Shown here piece by piece: positions 27,901-42,900 of a DNA stretch of 64,000 bases. The DNA is taken from assembly GCF_036365525.1 (NCBI RefSeq), contig NC_090409.1, positions 21,338,437 to 21,402,436 on the forward strand, given 5' to 3'. Position 1 is the first letter of the stretch; each line of letters starts with the position of its first letter. A program made the translations under genes and the position numbers. The DNA comes from Heterodontus francisci (Eukaryota). The notes under the pieces are model-generated. The model searched no databases. It was not told the DNA's origin and saw only the letters and a program-made list of their open reading frames with translations.

Positions 27901-30900
27901 CACATTTTCTCTGCTGTTATTCTATTACACTCTTTAATTATTTAAATACCTTTATCAGGTCATCCCTCAGACATCTCTGCTTCGAGGTCAGTGCAACATT
28001 TTACAGTAAATTCCTTTTGTACCGTTGCAGTGTCTCAATGTCATTTTTTTTAAGATGGTGGTCATAACTGTGAATTGTATTCCACGCATGCTGTAACCAA
28101 CATTTTATGCAACTTAACAATAACTAAGAATGATGAGGATAATGGCGATGATGGGCACAATGCTGATCATCATATAATTATAGAACCTTTACTGCGGAAG
28201 TGGATCATTCATACGGTCCTGTTTGTGCCTACTCTTTTGAGAAAGCTGTCCAGTTTAGGCCCACGCCCCACTTTTCCCCATAGCCCTGCAGATATGTTCA
28301 CTTCAACCACCTTTCAAAGATGTCTAAGGAATCTGATTTACCACCCTTTCAGCTAATGCATCCCAAATCATAATGGCTCTCTCTTTCCAACAATTACTTT
28401 TCAGTTCTCCGCTGGTTCATTTCTAAATTATTTTAATCTATCATGTCTGCTTAAGGCTAAACTTGATAAAAGTAAGATTTTGTCCCAACTTTCTCTTCAA
28501 GATCCAAATGTATTTTGAATAGCTCTATTAGGTGACCAGTTAACCTATTATGCTATATGGGGTACCATTGCAGCTTCTGCCCATGGTATCCCTGATATCA
28601 TCCAGGTAACCTTCCTCTGTTCCCTCTCTCAGGCTTTTACATTCTTCCTAAAGTGTAATGGCTATAATTGGACACAATATTTGAAGCCGAGGCATAATAA
28701 CAATATGTACATTTTTTAGCATTATCTCATTATTTCATCCATTGCAGCTGGTTACAAAGCCAAGTTTTCTTAAATTCTTCCTGAACTTGCAGTGCCACAT
28801 TCAAAGATTTGCAAATACGCACCCTAGGTCTCTCTGCTCTTGAACCTAACCCCCTCAAAATAGTGCCATTTAGATTAAACTTCCTCTACATGTGTTTCTT
28901 CCAACGTGCAGCACATTAGTCATATGCACTTTAGATTGCATGTATTATGTGTCTGCCCATTTCAGCGGTTTATCTACATCCTTCTGAAATCTACCATCAT
29001 CTTGTGCATGATTTAGCACCGGTCCAAGTTTTGTAATATTGCCAAAATTTGAAACCTCCATCTCATACCTAAGCCAGGCCATTAATATCATGGAGTCATA
29101 CAGTTATAGCATGGTTACAGTGCAGAATATGGCCATTCGGTATGCCGTGCCTTTAGAAGAGCTGGCCAGCAAGTCCCATCCCCGCCCACCCAGTCGCCAT
29201 AGCCTTGCATCTTTTACCTCTCAGCCTTTCATCCAATTTCCTTTTAATAGACACCGATTCAACCTGGCTTCACCATAGTTTCAGACAGTGCATTCCAGTT
29301 CCTGCACACTGACAGCAGAATAACGTTTTCATCATGGTGCCCATGGTTCTTTAGCCAATCATCTTATTCGTTGTGCATTGGTAATCGTACACTTACACCA
29401 AAGGAAACTTTTTTTCCTTTCTATCGACTCTACCTTAAAGTTTAGATTATGAAAACATCTATCAAATCTCCTCTCTACCTCCTCTTATCCAAGGAAACCA
29501 CGCAGTTTTACCAATCGTTTTAGCTAGAGTTCCTTATTCCCGGAGTAATTCTCGGAAATCGTTTCTGCAACCTATCTAAAGCCTCCACGCCCTTTCTTAT
29601 GTGTGGTGAAACCAATTGGACACCATGCTCCTGTTGAGACCGAGGATTGTAGAAGGTTTACCATAACCACCTTGCTTTGCACTCTATGCCTCGAATTAAA
29701 AAGCACATATGTCATTTTTAACCATATTCTCAACCTGCACTGCCACCTTCGACGATTTGGGCACAGGCAGCCACCAGGTGTCTCTGTTCCTGCACCCCTC
29801 TTTAGAATTCTGTAGTTTAACATATAATGTGGCTCCTCCTTCTCACCTACAAAAATGTATCAATTCACATGTCTTTGCATTAGACGTCATCCGCCACGTG
29901 TCCGCTCATTCCACTAGTCGGTGTATGCGTCTTGAAGTCATAACATGACTCCTCACAAGTTATAATACTTATAGGTTTTGTGCTGTCTAATTTTTTGTAT
30001 TTATTCATGGGATGTGAACATCGTTTGCAAGCCCATCCCTAATTGCCTTTAGGAAAGTGGTGGTGAGCAGTCTATGGGATGTTGGTGCGCCCACAGTACT
30101 CTTTAAAGTTGTTACAAGTTTTTGACCCAGAGATAATGAAGGAACTGCAATATAATTCAGAGTCAGGATGATGTATCTCTTGGAAAAAGTGCCCTGCATA
30201 TATAAAAAATAAAAGCTAATATGTGCATTATGTTAAGAATAATAACGATGATGATGTTATAGAATGAGAATGATGCTGGCGTTAATTGTGATGTTCCTGT
30301 TTGTCAGACTGATTGTGAGCATATGACAGTATTGAGAATTGCTATATTGATGATGATGAGGAGGAGGAGAAGGAAGAGGAACAGGTGGAGGAGCATTATG
30401 GTATTACTGTTCTGCATGCTGATGATTTAGAAGCTTTAGAAACAAAACTGTGACAAGTATCACTCTACAACAGGAAAAAAGAACATTTTTGTTGAAGGAA
30501 ATTGTGTAATGTAACAAATATGAATAACTGGAGTTACTAAACAAAAACCAATCCACCATGAACACTCACCCAATTGCTGGAATTCTCCCTTCATTTTCTC
30601 CAATTCTGTGAAAAGCAACAAGAAAAGGAAAAGATAAATCGCAATATTGTAGCTTGGTGCCAAGAAGAGCAGAGCAGACTAGGAGCACACAGCCAAATTG
30701 GGCTGAATATTACCAGCCCACTGACATCGTAGTCGTGATGGGAGGCTCGAGAAAATGCCTCCGGGAGAGGCCAACAAAGGGTCTTGGGGCCTTGACGCTT
30801 TTGAAGCTCCACCCCATATTACCGGCGATGCTGAGGCCTTTTGGCGCCTCCGTCCCGCCCACCCCTCGTCACTCGGTGACCAGACCGATATTTCAACATG

Positions 30901-33900
30901 TCAATGGCTGTTAATGGACAATTTAATGCCTTACCTGCTGTCGCCGGTCATCCCACTCTGATATTCTGGTCAGTTCCTGGGACTCTTACATCACCGTCTG
31001 GAGATCCAATGCGGGACACTGGTGGGAAGGGGGCAGGAGATATTTTTTCAGGGTGGGAGGGAGGGAGGATTGGACTCAAACTAATGTGATTGCTGGGAGG
31101 AATGTTGGGAAAGGGTAAAATTATAATTTTGTGACATTTGTGGGATGAAGGTCAGGCACACAATGTAAGCATTTTTGTGGTGCACAGGGCAAGGAATGAG
31201 TGCAATCTGATGCAGGGCGGCAGAGGCGTTGGAAGCATGATTATCTTATTTTTTAATGAATATTGTTGAGCTTCCCTTTATAAATTCAAATTATGTTGAA
31301 GGGCTGGAAGTTCTTTAAGAATTGCGCTGGCGCCAGTGCCTGTGCAGTGCCGCTGGACTCCATTGCCCAGATTAGAGTGCCCTCCCACTCACCATCATCA
31401 GGGCGGGGTGGACACTGAAAGAGGGATGAACTTGAAAAGTGGATGTTGGAATTAACAAAGAAACCCATTTATAAAGAAGCAGAGGTTGAAGTTAGCCGAC
31501 AATGCAAGTTAGGATGCCCCAAAACGCAGAAATTAAAATGGTGTGAGAACCACATTTACCTCTTAGTTTCTCAAGGCTCATTTCATCTGTTCAAAAATAT
31601 ACAAAATTAAAATCTTTCAAAAAGCACGGGCTATAGCACCTCCCTTTCACATTCGTCCTGGTGCAAATTGCAGCTGCAGAAATATCAGATATTGTATTGT
31701 TAGGCACAAGGAAAAGGAAAGAACGAACAATAAAAGGGAAGGAATCAAGGTGAAAAATGTGATTTATAAATGACCGTTCACCACTTCAAGACAGCCAATG
31801 CAGTACGCTTGAAATGCAGTTACCCTTGCAAAGTAGGAAACACAGCACCAAATTGACGCATTGAAATGTCCTACAAAAAACAATGACATCATGATCAGAT
31901 GATCTACCTGTGTGATATTGATGGCAAATGCTTATTAGTGCATGAAACAGGGAGTCTCCCTTCCTATTCTTCAAATAGTCCCATTGAATTGGTTACCCGA
32001 CAGGGCAGATGGGTCTTAATATAAATGTCTCATCTAAAATATGTCACCTCCGACGTTGCAGCACCACTGTTATGAATGATTCAGCCTATATTAACGGCTC
32101 AAGTCACTGGAGCACGGTTCAAAGCCACAAATTTCTGCTTCAGGTTTGAAACAGCTGCTTGTATAAGGTATAACGCACCCTAACTACTGGTATTCAAAAA
32201 AGTAGATTGATACATCTTAGCTTATGGTCCTGAGCTTTCTGGCTGGGTGACCATGTTTTGCATTGGAGTTAGAGGAAATGGACATCGGCTGTGCTTCCCC
32301 ATCGATCATGCTTCCCAAATTAAGCATTGCATGTGCCTGCTTTTCGGTGCATTCTGGAAGTTTGATAGCAACTTTCGTGCCTACGCATAAGAAAAATTGC
32401 AGCAGGTACTTCAAGGAAGCGTATTAAAGCAATAAAACAATAAAGCAATAGCCGAGTGCCTCTCGTGCTCAGATTGCAGCCCGAGTAATGACGGTGTAAT
32501 TCTTCTGTACTCCTCTATTTAAGACATTTACATCGGCTTGTTCCTCTTTCAACAGCTTTCTATCGGGCTCTCACTCCTTTAATCTGTTTCAGAAGCTATG
32601 TAATGTAAATAACAGAGTAACACCGAAGTCGAACTATTTGAGGGACTGATAAGGGGAAAGAGAATGGGGATATTAAGCATCCAAAGGAGCGTCATGTTAA
32701 ACCTGAAAAAAATAGGTGATAATTATTCCCGATGCAAAGACATAATGATAATGATTCTGCAACAGTTTGAGTTTTTTGTTGATGTTGTTTTGTTTTACCT
32801 GCCTTTACCTTTTCTTCTGTTCATATGAAAAAAACAAACAAACTGCCATGTATTGCTCATGCAAATACAGAGTTGGACATAAGTGTCGGCGGTGAAGTAA
32901 CAAAGCTCACTGCGAACTTCGAAGAAAGCTGCACATAAAGATATATTGAGCTCTGTGGCGCAGATGTGCCCTTTCTTGCGCTCATTTGAATTTGGCGCAA
33001 CATCAAGCAAAGTTTTGAAATCACTGAAGCAGTGATGCCATTAATCAGCGGAAGTAACCAATTGTGCCAGCGTCACCGACATGCGATTATAGATGCTCAT
33101 ATCGATACACATTGTATTAAAGTAGAAGCTAAAATATGTTTAACCAACGTTTTAAAATGCATTATTTTGAAAATGTATGGAATTTCGTATCATAGTGGAG
33201 GAATGTGCTGGGAAGCAAATAGCACATTACATTTTCAGGGCCAGTGATGATTGTTAACAAAAATCATTAACGTAGAATGCCCTTTAAAAATCCAGCTACA
33301 CTTCCTGCAATGTATAACCTTTACCTTTTACCATGATAGCAAGATAGTTTTCGTTGGTTCAATTATTTCTAATTTATTGCCTTATGGGGGGATCCTCAAC
33401 AGCGCATCCTCTGGAGAACCATGGACTCACTGACAACAACTTCTCTGCATTTAACTGTGTACCAGAGGACACCAGAAATAGTGAGAGTTAAGAGCCAAAA
33501 CATACCCATTAAGGTGAAGGGTAGCACCAACAGGTCCAAGGGATGTGGAGGATTGGATCAGAAAAAAAAATAAAGCTATGGTAGATTCAGAGCGCCAGAA
33601 ATAGCGGAGGCACTAGGGGAGTACAGAGAGCGTAGGGGAATACTAAAAAAGTAATTAGGAGAGTGAAGAGGCGATATGAAAAAACACTGACAGTCAAGAT
33701 AAAGGAAAATCCTAAGGCTTTTTGTAAGTATATTAAGGGCAGGAGGATAACCAGGGAAAGAGTAGGGCCCATTAGGGGCCAAAGTGGCAATCTGTGTGTG
33801 GAGCCGGAGGACATAGGTAAGGTTTTAAAAGATTACTTTTCATTTGTTTTCAATATGGAGAAGGATGATGTAGGTGTAGAGATCAGGGAGGGGAATTGTG

Positions 33901-36900
33901 ATATATTTGTACATATTAGCATTGAAATAGAGGAAGTATTAGCTGTTTTAGCGGGCTTAAAAGTGGATAAATCCCCAGGTCCAGGCTGTGAAACAAGGGA
34001 GGAGATAGCAGGGGCAGTGGCATAATTTTTCAAATCGACTCTGGCTACAGGAGAGGTACCAGAGGATTGGAGGACAGCGAATGTGGTACCATTATTCAAG
34101 AAGGGTAGTAGGGATAAACCAGGTAATTACAGGCTGGTGAGTATAACATCAGTGGTAGAAAACTATTGGGAAAAACTTCTGAGTGACAGGATTAATCTAC
34201 GCTTGGAGAGGCAGAGATTAATCAGGGATAGTCAGCTTGGCTTTGTCTGGGGGCAATCGAGTCTAACTAACTTGATTTAATTTTTGAAGGCGGTGACTAG
34301 ATGTGTAGATGAGGTTAAAGCAGTTGATGTAGTCTGCATGGACTTCAGTAAGGCTTTTGATAACGTCCCACATTGGAGATTGGTTAAGAAGGTAAGAGCC
34401 CGTGGTATCCAGGGTAACTTGGAAGATTGTATCCAAAATTGTCTTAGTGGCAGGAGGTAGAGGGTGATGGCCGAGGGTTGTTTTTGCGAGTGGAAGCCTG
34501 TAACCAGTGGTGTACCACGGGGATCGGTGCTCGGACCGTTGCTGTTTGTAGTGTACATGAATGACTTAGACGTGAATATAGGACGTATGATCAGTAATTT
34601 TGCAGATGACACGAAAATTGGTGGCGTCGCAAACAGTGAGGACGAAAGCCTTAGATTACAAGGCGACATAGATGGATTGGTAAGATGGGCGGAGCAGTCG
34701 CAAATGGAATTTAATTTTGGGAATTGTGAGGTGATGCATTCTGGGATGACAAACAAGGCAAAGGAATATACAATGGACGGTAGGACGTTTGGAAGTACAG
34801 AGGGTCAGAGGGACCTTGGTGTACTTGTCCATGGCTGACTGACGGGAACAGCACAGGTAGATAAGGTGGTTTGGAAGGCATATGAATTACTTGCCTTTAT
34901 TAGCCGAGACAGAGAATATAGGAGCAGGGAGGTTATGATGGAGCTGTATAAAACGCTAGTTAGGCCAAAGCTGGAGTACTGTGCACAGTTCTTGGCACCA
35001 TGCTATAGGAAGGATGTGATTGTGCTGGAGAGGGTGCAGAGGAAATTTACCAGTATGTTGCCTGGGCTGGACCATTTCAGGTATGAAGAGAAACTGAAAA
35101 GGCTCGGTTTGTTTTCCTTAGAACAGAGAAGGCTGAGAGGGGACATGATTGAGGTATACAATATTATGAGAGGCATTGATAAGTTAGATAGGAATAAACG
35201 TTTTCCCTTAGCAGAGGGATTAATAACTAGGGGTTATTGATGGTAAGAGGCGGGAGGTTTAGAGAGCATTTGAGGATTTTGCTTCACTCAGCGGGTGGTT
35301 GAAGTCTGGAACGCATTGCTTGAAGAGGTGTTAGAGGCAGGAACCCTCACAGCATTTAAGAAGTATATTGATGAGCACTTGTAACGCCATAGCATACAAG
35401 GCTATGGGCCAAGTGCTGGAAAATGGGATTAGAATAGTTAGGTGCTTGATGGCCGGCATATACACGATGGGCCAAAGGGCCTTTTACTGTGATGTATAAC
35501 GCGATGACTCTATGAGAATGTGATGTCAGTTTCGGAGGAGTAATGACAGCGAACGGCTGCGAACACCAACAGATCCAACGTCCTTGCAAACACAAAATGC
35601 AGGGCGAGATCTTTGTTCTTTCACCGGGCATACGGTTTTTTAAAGCAACGAACCAAACGAGCAGATAGTAACAGGACTGTCTGGCCCTTGCATTAATCGA
35701 CGCTTTTTGAAGGAAATGAAAGTTCTCAATTTTTTATACAATTATCTATAATCTATCTGTGCACCCACTCCTGTAAGTGCAAGGATATAGAAGGGTTTGG
35801 CAAACAAGGGAGGGATTTTAACATCAGGCCATTGACAGACCGGGAGCCATAAATCACAGTGATAAAAAAAGCGAATCGTACTTGATGCGAGTTACATTTA
35901 AGGCTGCAGAGCTTTGCAGCATGGGAAGCATACACAAGGTTTAAAATTGGCTTCAAAGATTTATCTAAATGTTCAATTGTACAGGAGTGAATACCACACA
36001 AAGGTATGACTTATGAAAAGTTACAGACATCTCAACTCACCTAAAGCTTCAATCTTCTTCAGCGTGTTTTGCAGTGCTGAATGGCAAATAAAAGCTTGTC
36101 ATCCGTTTATATTGGAGGCCAAATAACATTGTCAACTTTGTGCACAGAGCTGGGTGGATCTTATATACAAATGGCTTGCTAATCTTATATACAAATGGCT
36201 TGCTAAACGTAGTGGCAACATAACATGCTGAGGGTCACAATTTGGGGTGGAGCCTGAAAGAAGCACTAAGTAATTCCAAAGTAAGTAATGCCAGTGTGGT
36301 TCTACCCACTGAAGAATCAAACGATCAGGTTCCAAATATAAAGCTAATCAAATCCAACAATTTGCATTCAGAACTCAGCAACAACAAGGAGCAGGAGGAA
36401 ACCACAGATCCCTCACAGGTGCAAAAAAACAACCCACTACCATCCTAGATATAGTCGCTATCAATTTTCCATAAGCGCAAAAGGCAGGGATGGCCACTGC
36501 AACCCAGCTCAAGGATGAAGATGGTGGAGAGCAACGGAAATCTGGTAAGTTTCAGGGGCTTCGCTGGGGGCAGTCAGTCGGACCCCGGCGAGGCAATTGT
36601 GTCAGTTAGGGTGCGATGACTTCTGGGGAGGCCCTCTGTGGGTTACTGGGTGCCTCACCAGGAGGGCCGCCTCAGGCAGTCAGAGGCGTCATAATTTTAT
36701 CAGGCGGATTTCTGAGGCCTTAGCCGCCGGCTAGACAACCATAAAATCCCTGTGGCGGACGGTGGAGGTCCGTAAGTGGCCATTAATTATCCACTTATGG
36801 GCCTTGATTGGCTTTGGGTGGGTGGGCTGTTTCTGAATGTCGCTGCCTTGCGTAAATTGACAGCAGAGGCGGATGTGGATCAGTAAGTGACCTCAGCCTT

Positions 36901-39900
36901 CCACTGAATATTCTGTCCCCGTCCAACCCCGCCACAAGTCCACTATTTTGGGGGGCAAAAGATTCCAGCTAATGGCGTCAGTTGTAACTTGCCACTGAGA
37001 TCTCAGTGGGAACTTCCGTTCTTCACGTGAACACGTGGTCACACAAAATTACACCCAAGGAAATGCAGAATTCAATGATAATAACATGACTTAACCATCT
37101 ACTATAATACAAAACAATATGTTATTTTGATAATTAACAGCAATGATCATGCAAATAAATACTCATGGTTGTTATTATAACAGGCTAATGCACATAAAAT
37201 GATGTTGCAGCTCTTGGTCCTTGAAGGGGTTAAGTAGAAACGAGTTCAGTTTTAGAAGAGCGTCTGAGCAGAATTTAACAGTCAGCTTGAGGAAAGAAAA
37301 ACACATGCTGCTTTGGTAAAGGACATGATTAAGGAGCGAAGGTTGGAGCCCAGACCTGAAGGCCACTATTTCCGAGGAGGGTTGGTGTAATAGGAAGCAA
37401 AGAAATAAAAGACAAACATTTGGCAACAGTTTGGAGCCATCTGGTATATATATTGATAGGTCTGAGGATGTATGCTCATTGGAATGTGAAATCAATCACC
37501 ATTGCTTTTATGATCAATCATATAAATCATTCATTGTTTGAACACACTGTATTATAGGAAGTGTATATATATATGTCTGTGCTCCTGAATGTAAAGTTGG
37601 AGTATTACATCAGAATACTAGAGATGGTGCCTCTCCCTGCATACGCTTAAATATATCGATTGAACCTGTATCTGGATCTCCTCGTTTGGTGGCTAAGATG
37701 TACCACAACATGCCTGAAGCATCCCCCTGGACATCGAAGTGATCCAGAGGTTTTACTTGCTCACTGCTCACGATCATGTGCAGTTAACACAATGAAGCTG
37801 TATTCTGTGAGCAGACGGCAAACTAACATTTGTAATTTACCTAATTCTTTTTCCTCCGTTTCATCTTCTGTAAGACAGCGACAAATAAAATGTTCAGGCA
37901 TACATGCTTTCCGTGCCTGAAGATTATGTAACAGCAGAATAGTTTGGCGATGATTTTGTCATTGTTGGACAGGCTAAAAATGAACAACATCGATTTGGCT
38001 GACAATTAAGCACAGTGCTACAATTTACTTTATACTCTGGATAGTGGAAAGGTTATGTAAGTGGAGGCCGATTAAATGTCATCTGCTTTGCACATATGAA
38101 AGTAAGTTAATATTCCGGGCTCTGACATGCTTCACTTATTCACATGTCTGGACCGTGGCAGTGAAGAGGAAACCTGATGTCGGATGTTTACAGTTAGTCC
38201 CTAAGCAGACTGGTTGCACTAACTTGAGAACGGGGATATACTGGCTAGCAATTATTTATCTGCAGGATGCAATTGAATTTTTCCATGAGACTGTACTGAT
38301 GGTTAATCGTGTACAGATGACAGATTGAGGAAGTCATACGTGTCGTCTTCTAACTCTCTTCAGCTATACTCAACCAGAATACACACGTCCGCAAATTGTA
38401 TTTATATAGCACCGTCACTGTGGTAAAATGGTCCAAATTCCTCCGTACCAAACGTTATCAAATAAAAATGCCATAGCCCAACGTAAGAGGATATTAGGGC
38501 AAGTGACAGAAAGCTCATTCAAAGATGGTGGGATAGTCTCTGATGCGACATTTAGGGGAAAAGACATATAGAGAGGCACATGGTTTCAGGTGCAAATTCC
38601 AGAGCTTCGAGCCTTGGTAGCTGAAGTTATGACCACCAATGGTAGAGCAATTAAAATCAGAGATGCACAACACAACAGAATTATAGGCGTGCGGATATCT
38701 GCAAGGGTTGTAGCAATGACAGGTTGACTTACCGAGAAAGGCAGTATTGAGGCTTTGAAGGAAACAACGATGAGAGTTTGAAAACTGAGCTGTTGCTTAT
38801 CTGGGATTCAATACATGCCAGTGAACGCCTGGGAATTCGTTGAACAGGACTTGGTGCAAGGTAGGACACAGACAGTAGAGTTCTGGATGAGCTCAATTTT
38901 GTTTCTGAGGGTAAAGTGTAAAAAACCAGCTGGGCATAAATTCGAAAAAAATACCTCAAGAGATAGCAACGGCAGGACCGCATCGGCCAGTGTTATGGGA
39001 GTGAATATAGGTAGTCTTTGTGAAGGAGTGATTATATGATCGCTGGGTCAAACATGACACCAAGGTTGGGAGCACTCGGCATCAACATCATAAAACTACC
39101 AAGAAGAGGGATGGTGTCGGTAGCCAGAAAATGGAAATTGTTGCAGACACCGAGATCAATAGCCTCCAAATATTTAGTTCCAGGAAGTGCTTCGCTATGT
39201 ACACTGAAGGGTGTCAAAACATTGTGGCAATTTACAGATAGTGGAGCGGCCAAGCGACATGGTGGTGATGTAGAGCTGGATATCGTTAGCGTGCAGGGGA
39301 AAACCTGCGCTCTGTTTTATTATAGTACTTCCGACGGTCAATATGGTGATGGGAAATAGGAGGGAACCCAGGATAAATCACTGGGGGATACCACAGGTAA
39401 GGTTGGAGGGCAGGAAAAGAAGCTATTACAAGTAACTCCCTGTCCACGAATGGATAGCTACTAATTGAACCAGTCGAGTGCGGTCTCATCCAAGTAGATG
39501 ACAATGGAGAGGGGTTCGAGGATCATGGTTTTGCACATTGAGTTAAAGGCTGTAAACTGGTCGAGATGGACAAGGAATAATGCTTCACCTTTGGGACAGT
39601 TACGTGAATTGCCATTTGTGACTTTGATAACAACCGTTCTGGTATTGTGCAGGTGTGGAAATACAATTGAAATTATTCCTACACAGAAGCCCTGCAAAGA
39701 CAGAGTCAGATTGGACAAATGATAGAACGTCCAAGGACCTTGAAAAAAAAAGCTTGGTTTTGGAGATTAGTTTTCAAGTGCAGAGGGCTCAAGGATGGTT
39801 ATTTTCTTCAGGTAAAGTGTGCTCGGAAAATGATTAACGGCGAAGTGGATCGTACATGAGAAGAGAGAACGGTTAACAATATCAGCTCATTTCGGAGCCA

Positions 39901-42900
39901 GGACTGCATTTGAATGGTGAGCAGCTCAATCTCAACAGTGTAGAGCGAGCAGGAGGTAGTTCTCAGAGACCACATCAGCTTGGAGAGGGCGTGGAGGGAT
40001 ATAAGAGAGAAGATAATGATGTGGTTTCAGTGCTCGGACAAGGGAGAACCTTACAGAATGTCTGGTCTTGTGGCATATCAGAAAGGAGGGAAGTGGAAGA
40101 GATAATTGCATGGATAGTTTTAATCTTAGTGATGAGGAAGGCCATGAGCTCCTCGCACTTCTTGTTGAAGATGAGGGTTGAGGAAGGAGACCCTCCTGTT
40201 AAGAAGATCGTTTGATGTGGAAAGGAAAAACAAAAACGTGTGCTTTTTTCACATTCCAGGGCGATCCTGGAATAGCAAACACTATAGGTGAACTAGAAAA
40301 GCATCTGATCATGTATTACACAACCTACCAGATCTTGGAGTGAATGGCTAAACCAGTTGTCCAAGGTATCTATCCAAGTTTGTTGCCCTTGGACTAAGTG
40401 AGCAGTGATGTGGGCCGTACTAGTGGAATTGACAGCCGCAGGAGAGAATGATGAGTTTAATAGAAATTAGTGCATCAAATGTGGAGATGTAACATTTAAC
40501 ATTTCTGTACTTTTAAAATGTGTCAAATATAGGGCCAAGGTTTATACAGTGACATTTTAAAAGTGCAGTTGCAAGTCAATTTTGAGAGATTTTTTTCCAG
40601 ATTGTACAAACAAATAGGTCGGCTTGTGGGGGGAGGGGGGGGGGGTCGGGGGGAATGGGGATATGGGGGTTGACCTAAACAAGGAAATGAATTGATATGA
40701 TAAGAGTCGTGAGGACACGTGAGACGGCAAAGGCTGTAAAAGAAATGGTAGGAGATTTTAAATGAAGGGACAAATTAAGTTAAGGACCTCAGAAGAGCAA
40801 AAGAATGAAAGTTGAAATCACCGAGGCTGAGAAGCCACTCAGTGAACAGGCTGAAAGTATAAAGCACCGAGGATTATACCGTGAGTTTTTTTTATGTTAC
40901 GTGGGTTGGCATTAGAGAACAGGGATTTGAAAGGATAGGCATGAGACGTGGGTAAAGAGAAACAACAGGTACCAAAATGTGTAGAAGGTGCCAGTTGAGT
41001 AGGTGGACAGATTAATGTGTGATCTCATGATATCAGACACATGGTCAGGGGGCAAGGCAACTGAGGGAATTTTAAACCCCATAGGGAGACTTCATTTAGT
41101 GGGATGGTGTTAATTGCCATCCTCCTAGTTTCTGTCAAGGTTATTATTTTGATTCAATTATCCACACTAAGAGTATGGATGACAAATGCCTTCTTCAAAA
41201 TTAAATGAAATTCTACGGAGAAATGCGGTGAAGGGCAATGATTGCTGATCTGCTGGGAGAGTACACAGTTTAAGCACCGGGAAGGTTATGTTTGACGAGA
41301 ATGGACCTTGGTAAGATTACCCTACTCTTCATGCACTGAGCGGTCAGGTCATTGATTAGGATGGGGCTATTGCGTTTGCTGCTCATCTGGAAATTATTCA
41401 AGCACTGCTCGTATGTTAGCTCCAACCACCTTCGGTTCACCCATTAAACATGTGCTTGCTGCCTTCATACATTCTCAGCCCACTAATGGCATAATCCTAA
41501 ACTTTTTATTCCCGTTTTCAAATAAAGCAATCGTCTCACTCCTCTCTATTTGCATAAACTCGCCCAGTCTTACAAATTTACGAAAGTTCTGTGCTACATC
41601 TGTTTTGATTACTTGAACATCCCCGAATTTAATCACTCCAAAAACGACAACGCGTTTTGAGATGCCTTTGTCCCGAAACTCAGACATTTCCCTGAAAATC
41701 TTACCACCCTCTCTACCTCCATCTCCTCCATTAATATGCTCCTTTAAACGGTCACTTTGACCGACATCTCAGGAATATGTATGACGTTAAATGTGCCGTG
41801 TAAAGCCATGTGGTTGTTATTGCCTCACAACTGCTTATTAACCTCAGTTTCACAATTTTCAATTGAGATTGCTCCACTAGTTCTTTTGCAGGAGAGCCGT
41901 AAAAATCTACACAGTGACGAAAGGCATTCTGACGTCACCACTGAACAACATGATTCTAATTGTCAAACTTCGTGGCCTTGTTTTAGACTCAACTCTTTAG
42001 AATCAACTCTTTTGTCCATCTTAAACATCTAGAATAGACCCAGCCTTAGTCGTTATGCAAGAGAATACATGATGACACTGTGCAATCTGTGCACATAAGT
42101 TTGCCTTTTGTACCTACTATAAGTCTCATGAAACTGCACTGCACCTGACCACTGTCAATAAATCCGTCCTTTGGTACGGTACTGGGAATTGAACACACGA
42201 TGAACACAGTCTAGCCAATGATTTCTAAACATAGAGATTTCATATCCCGGTGTAATAGATGGAAACAATAATACATTACTGTTAACTAGTGTTTGTACCT
42301 ATTCACGAGCTTTACTGATTAGATGGGAAATACAATGAAACCCTGCCATGCTGACATTTATCAGGATGAATACGCTTAATGAGGTTAGATCCTGGTTGAT
42401 CTGCACCTTAACACAATTGTAATAGTATATTCGAATAGTAACGACAGGCATCATGTCCTGCTTCTGCTCCTTTGAAGATTTGTATGATGTCAGGATTAGG
42501 AAGAAGTTTTTTTAAAAATTCCTGTTTGACTGTTGTGCATAAAAGAAGAGTGGAGTCATCTAACAGCTTGTCATCAGTTATTATATGAAATTTTATTTGG
42601 CAAGACCTCCAGTTTCACATCTGATGGCTCACATCTTCTGACTTCCTCTAACCAGTTTGCAATCAAGCACTGGCCCGGGTGAATGACTTCCTCCAGAGTT
42701 CACCAACAAGAGAAAAATGACCTAATTTAAGAAGAAAGTTGACATATTTGTCAGAAAACCTTTCAAGCTGTCTCAGCCCACTCCATTTAGTAAATTCCGA
42801 CTCAGCAACATGGGTACTGAATTCATCTCGTCCATATACTGTCTCCTTCAATAGGACTGCGGTCCACAGTGCCAAATTCTGTTTATATCATGTAAGAATC

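Noticed and set aside
30700-31460. GC-richer block, and a similar one at ~36490-36970, possibly non-autonomous DNA elements
   Set aside because: Could not pair terminal inverted repeats or find TSDs by eye.
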